This document shows, in pieces, positions 60,809-64,000 of a DNA stretch of 64,000 bases (position 1 is the stretch's first letter; the number at the start of each line of letters is the position of its first letter). Position numbers and translations under genes: made by a program. Where the stretch lies: the NCBI RefSeq assembly GCF_009914755.1, contig NC_060929.1. One strand, written 5' to 3'. The notes beneath the pieces were generated by a model, which saw only the letters and a list, made by a program, of their open reading frames with translations, did no database searches and was not told the origin of the DNA. Source of the DNA: the human T2T-CHM13v2.0 reference genome, Homo sapiens.

Positions 60809-61999
60809 TAGGTATCAGAGAAACAAATATATTCTTAGCAGGGATTAACGTTCATTTTTGTGGAATGGCATGCATACAGGGCAATCTAAGTAAGATTACA
60901 ACATATTTCAAGAAGACCTTAACTATTAAAAAATTAAGTGAGAAATTTGTTTTATATAATATTATATAATGAAACAAAGCCAGATAAAATAATTTGGCAG
61001 TAATAAGAGGTATGCAATCATTCACATTTCTAGATTCTAATAACTGAAAGTTTAAATTTCTGTCTTTGTTTTTTTTTTTTTGTATTGAAAATTATTAGAA
61101 GATTAGGGACTTTTTCAAATTATTCAATGTTGTTTCAGAGTTTTTATATTGTACAAGAAAATATAAGAAGCAGTGCATTTCAGTGGAAGATTATAACAAT
61201 TTATTCTCTTTTTCCTCATAATAAAGCCAAATGCACTCATTAAATTCACATTTAATTCTCATTTCTTCATCTCACAATCAGTCATCTGATCTATGGCTGA
61301 AAAACCCGTTCACACTGCATGTTGTAGTAGTATCAACTTTACTTAGGAAGCTCCATCCTCATTTGGTCCCACTACTTATACTTTTAGTACCTTCTATTAA
61401 TTCAAAATAGAAAACATTTAAAATGTGAGCATGCACTGTATTGGAATAAACGCTAAGGAATCAATATGTGCTAATTACCTTGGAATATCATGCTGATTAT
61501 GCAATCTGTTCAGAAAAAAAGAACTGGCATAATGTACATTTATTTAGTTTGTATTTTTAGCAAGAGATCTTTAGTGACAAATTTTACTCATTCCCAATTC
61601 ATTCGTTGCCTTGAGAGATTTGTCTTAGATCACTTGAGACCAAATCTCTCAACCTTATAAATAGTCTGTCTTAGACTTTCATTCTAAAACACTCTTAAGA
61701 CTCTATCTTGTTGTGACTCTTCCCATCTGTAGTTGAGTCTGATGAACTTAGCTGATTTATGAATAGTTTGTTTCAGTGGCCTTTGGAGAGTTGAGAGTAG
61801 ATATAATGAAGTCATGTCATTAACAGTGGTTGTCCGTAAATATGTTGAAAATCCAGATTCTGTTTTTACCAGAGGAGTAACCTGGTCAAGCAATACTATT
61901 ATTTTTTTATGATGGACAAAATATCTACTAAACCCTATGTATGTGCCTTTACATAGATTACCTTTTTAAATTGTTTCAAATGCCTATCAAGTTTGTAGG

Positions 62000-62312
62000 T
62001 TTTTTGTTTGTTTCTGTTTTCTTTTCTTTTTCTTTCTTTTTTCTTTCTTTTTCTTGAGACAGAGTCTCGCTCATGTTACCTCGGCTCACTGCAACCTCCA
62101 CCTACCGGGTTCAAGTGATTCTCTTGCCTCAGCCTCCGAAGTAGCTGGTATTACAGGAGCCTGCCACTATGCCCAGCTAATTTTTGTATTTTTGGTAGAG
62201 ACGGGGTTTCACCATGTTGGCCAGACTGGTCTCAAACTCCTGACCTCAGGTGATTTGCCCACCTCGGCCTCCTGAAGTGCTGGGATTACAGGCGTGAGCT
62301 ACTGCACCCAGC
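62000..62312 (-). mobile_element. AluSx-like with small deletion
   Basis: tcctgacctcaggtgatttgccc; lacks the cccaggctggagtgcagtgg segment. Confidence 0.9.
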
Positions 62313-62319
62313 TGTTTCT

Positions 62320-62356
<37 letters not shown>

Positions 62357-62639
62357 AGACAGGGTCTCACTCTATTGCCCAGGCTGGAGTGAAGTGGAGC
62401 AATCCCAGCTTACTGCAGCCTTGACCTCCCAGGCTTAGGTGATCTTCCAGCCTTAGCCTCCCAAGTAGCTGTGACTACAGGCCTGTGCTACCGTGCCCAG
62501 CTAATTTTTGTATTTTTTTGTAGTGACGGGGTTTTGCCATGATACCCAGGCTGGTCGCGAATTCTTTGCTTAAGCGATCTGGCTGCCTCAGCCTCCCAAA
62601 TTACTGGGATTACAGGCATGTGAGGTGCCACGCCTGGCC
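62320..62639 (-). mobile_element. AluJ
   Basis: gagacagggtctcactctattgcccagg...actgcagccttgacctccc; long poly(T). Confidence 0.9.
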
Positions 62640-63444
62640 AAGTTCATAGTTTTAATAGCTCCATTTTATTGTAAGGAAACCAAGGCAAAATAAAGTTAAT
62701 TATTTTTCTCAGTTATGCAGACAGTGAATTTCAGAACCACTTAGGAAATTCAATCCAGACACAAAGGCTCCAGATTACTAAATATAGGTTTGTAGGAAAC
62801 AAAAAAATGGGGCTAAGGTGTTCCAGCTAGACTCAGATTTCCCCATGTCCCATAGCGGTCACTACAGCCTGAGATGGGGCTCAGCTTAAGGCTATGGGGA
62901 CTAAAGAGATAAAAGGATTTGTATTTTAGCCTCATTCTTAGTCAAGATTGCCACTCCCTTCCTGTGCTCCTGGCTGCAAACTTACTTCTTAAAAACTGGT
63001 AGGACTTGTCTCCCAGGAATGTTTTCAATCATAATTTTTAAAAATCTCATTAGAACATCTAATATTTTATTATTGTTTTTCAGGTTTTCATAGGATAGCT
63101 GTTCAAAGGAAAAAAAATATACAATGCTTGTTTCCCTGAGTTAACAGGAAGACCAGATTTTTCACTAAACTGACCAACATTGCTGTCTGTATGTTATGGA
63201 GTTGTCAACCCACTGTTTAGTCCCTAAGAAGAGAGGATTTGTCACACTGGCTCACACTCACAGACTCAGTCCATGTTTTATAGCCAACAAAGCCTTCAAG
63301 GGACAAACAACATATCTGATATATAGTCTCTTAAAATTTTTGTTGCTATCAATTTTCTATTTATAAACTCACTGCTTGTGTAAATATTTTGTTGTGATTT
63401 TTTCCAAAGATTTGTTATTATTATTCACATCCATGATGGGGGAG

Positions 63445-63498
63445 GAGAAAGAGATAGAGAAAGAGAGAGAGAGAGAGAGAGATTGAGAGACAGAGAGA
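63445..63498. repeat. (GA)n-rich microsatellite
   Basis: gagaaagagatagagaaagagagagagagagagagaga. Confidence 0.85.
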
Positions 63499-63540
63499 AT
63501 ACTCACATTTCAGCCCTTTGAAATCATGCCAGTTATTTTC

Positions 63541-63985
63541 TGCATAGGATCCCGCTGTTTGTGCCTCCACCTCCATTATTCACCCTGCTCGAACCCCCTC
63601 AGTGCCCCCAGGAAGCCACCAGCATATGACAGGCTTGCTGGGTCCTCTGATTTACTGCTGGCTTCCATTAGCTAGGAGCCCACTGGGTAGGAGATTGGAA
63701 AGAGAGTCAGGTGAGAGTATTTATTTCCTGAGCTTCCTCCCTGCCAGGTGCCTTGGGGTAACCCTTTACCAATGGTCACTGATCTTTGCAACACAGAGGA
63801 ATTTCTGCTACTCTCTTCTCTCTAACTGTTAGTTGCCCCCTCCCTCCACTCATCTCTCCCTGACTAGGAATAGTAACAACTCACTTATCATAAGCCCCAG
63901 ATTAGTATCCTTTGTGGCTCCCCTGTGTTAACAACCACTCTGAAAATTAACCCTCCTCTGATTATCCTATTTTGATTTTTCCAAA
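63541..63985 (+). mobile_element. LTR16-like ERVL LTR
   Basis: ctgctggcttccatt...ggagattggaaagagag...gtatttatttcctgagcttcctccctgcc. Confidence 0.55.
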
Positions 63986-64000
63986 TACAGCTGGTCCGTT

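Overview
Human genomic DNA, AT-rich and repeat-dense, intergenic or deep-intronic. A young AluYb-lineage element at 51230-51541 supports human origin. I see no protein-coding gene, RNA gene or CRISPR array; the supplied ORFs are read-throughs of Alu, L1 or LTR sequence, or chance ORFs. The window holds about 18 Alus, L1/L2/L3/MIR fragments, solo LTRs with target-site duplications (TSDs) (MER52, THE1B, LTR12, LTR26-like, LTR27/28-like), Tigger/hAT/Mariner relics and a decayed ERV1 pol-env remnant (25580-29020). The most interesting structure is at 37632-39757: an ERV1 (MER4-group) transcript integrated in L1 fashion, with an 18-bp TSD, a 5' inversion from twin priming, an LTR cut at its polyA site followed by a poly(A) tail, and two probable splice junctions. 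Other notable items are a templated LTR-fragment insertion inside an L1 (3576-3921), a 31-bp-arm hairpin (34337-34414), a CpG-retaining LTR (49130-50035) and a 58-bp tandem duplication (60691-60808). Repeat subfamily names come from recalled consensus sequences and need RepeatMasker/Dfam confirmation.
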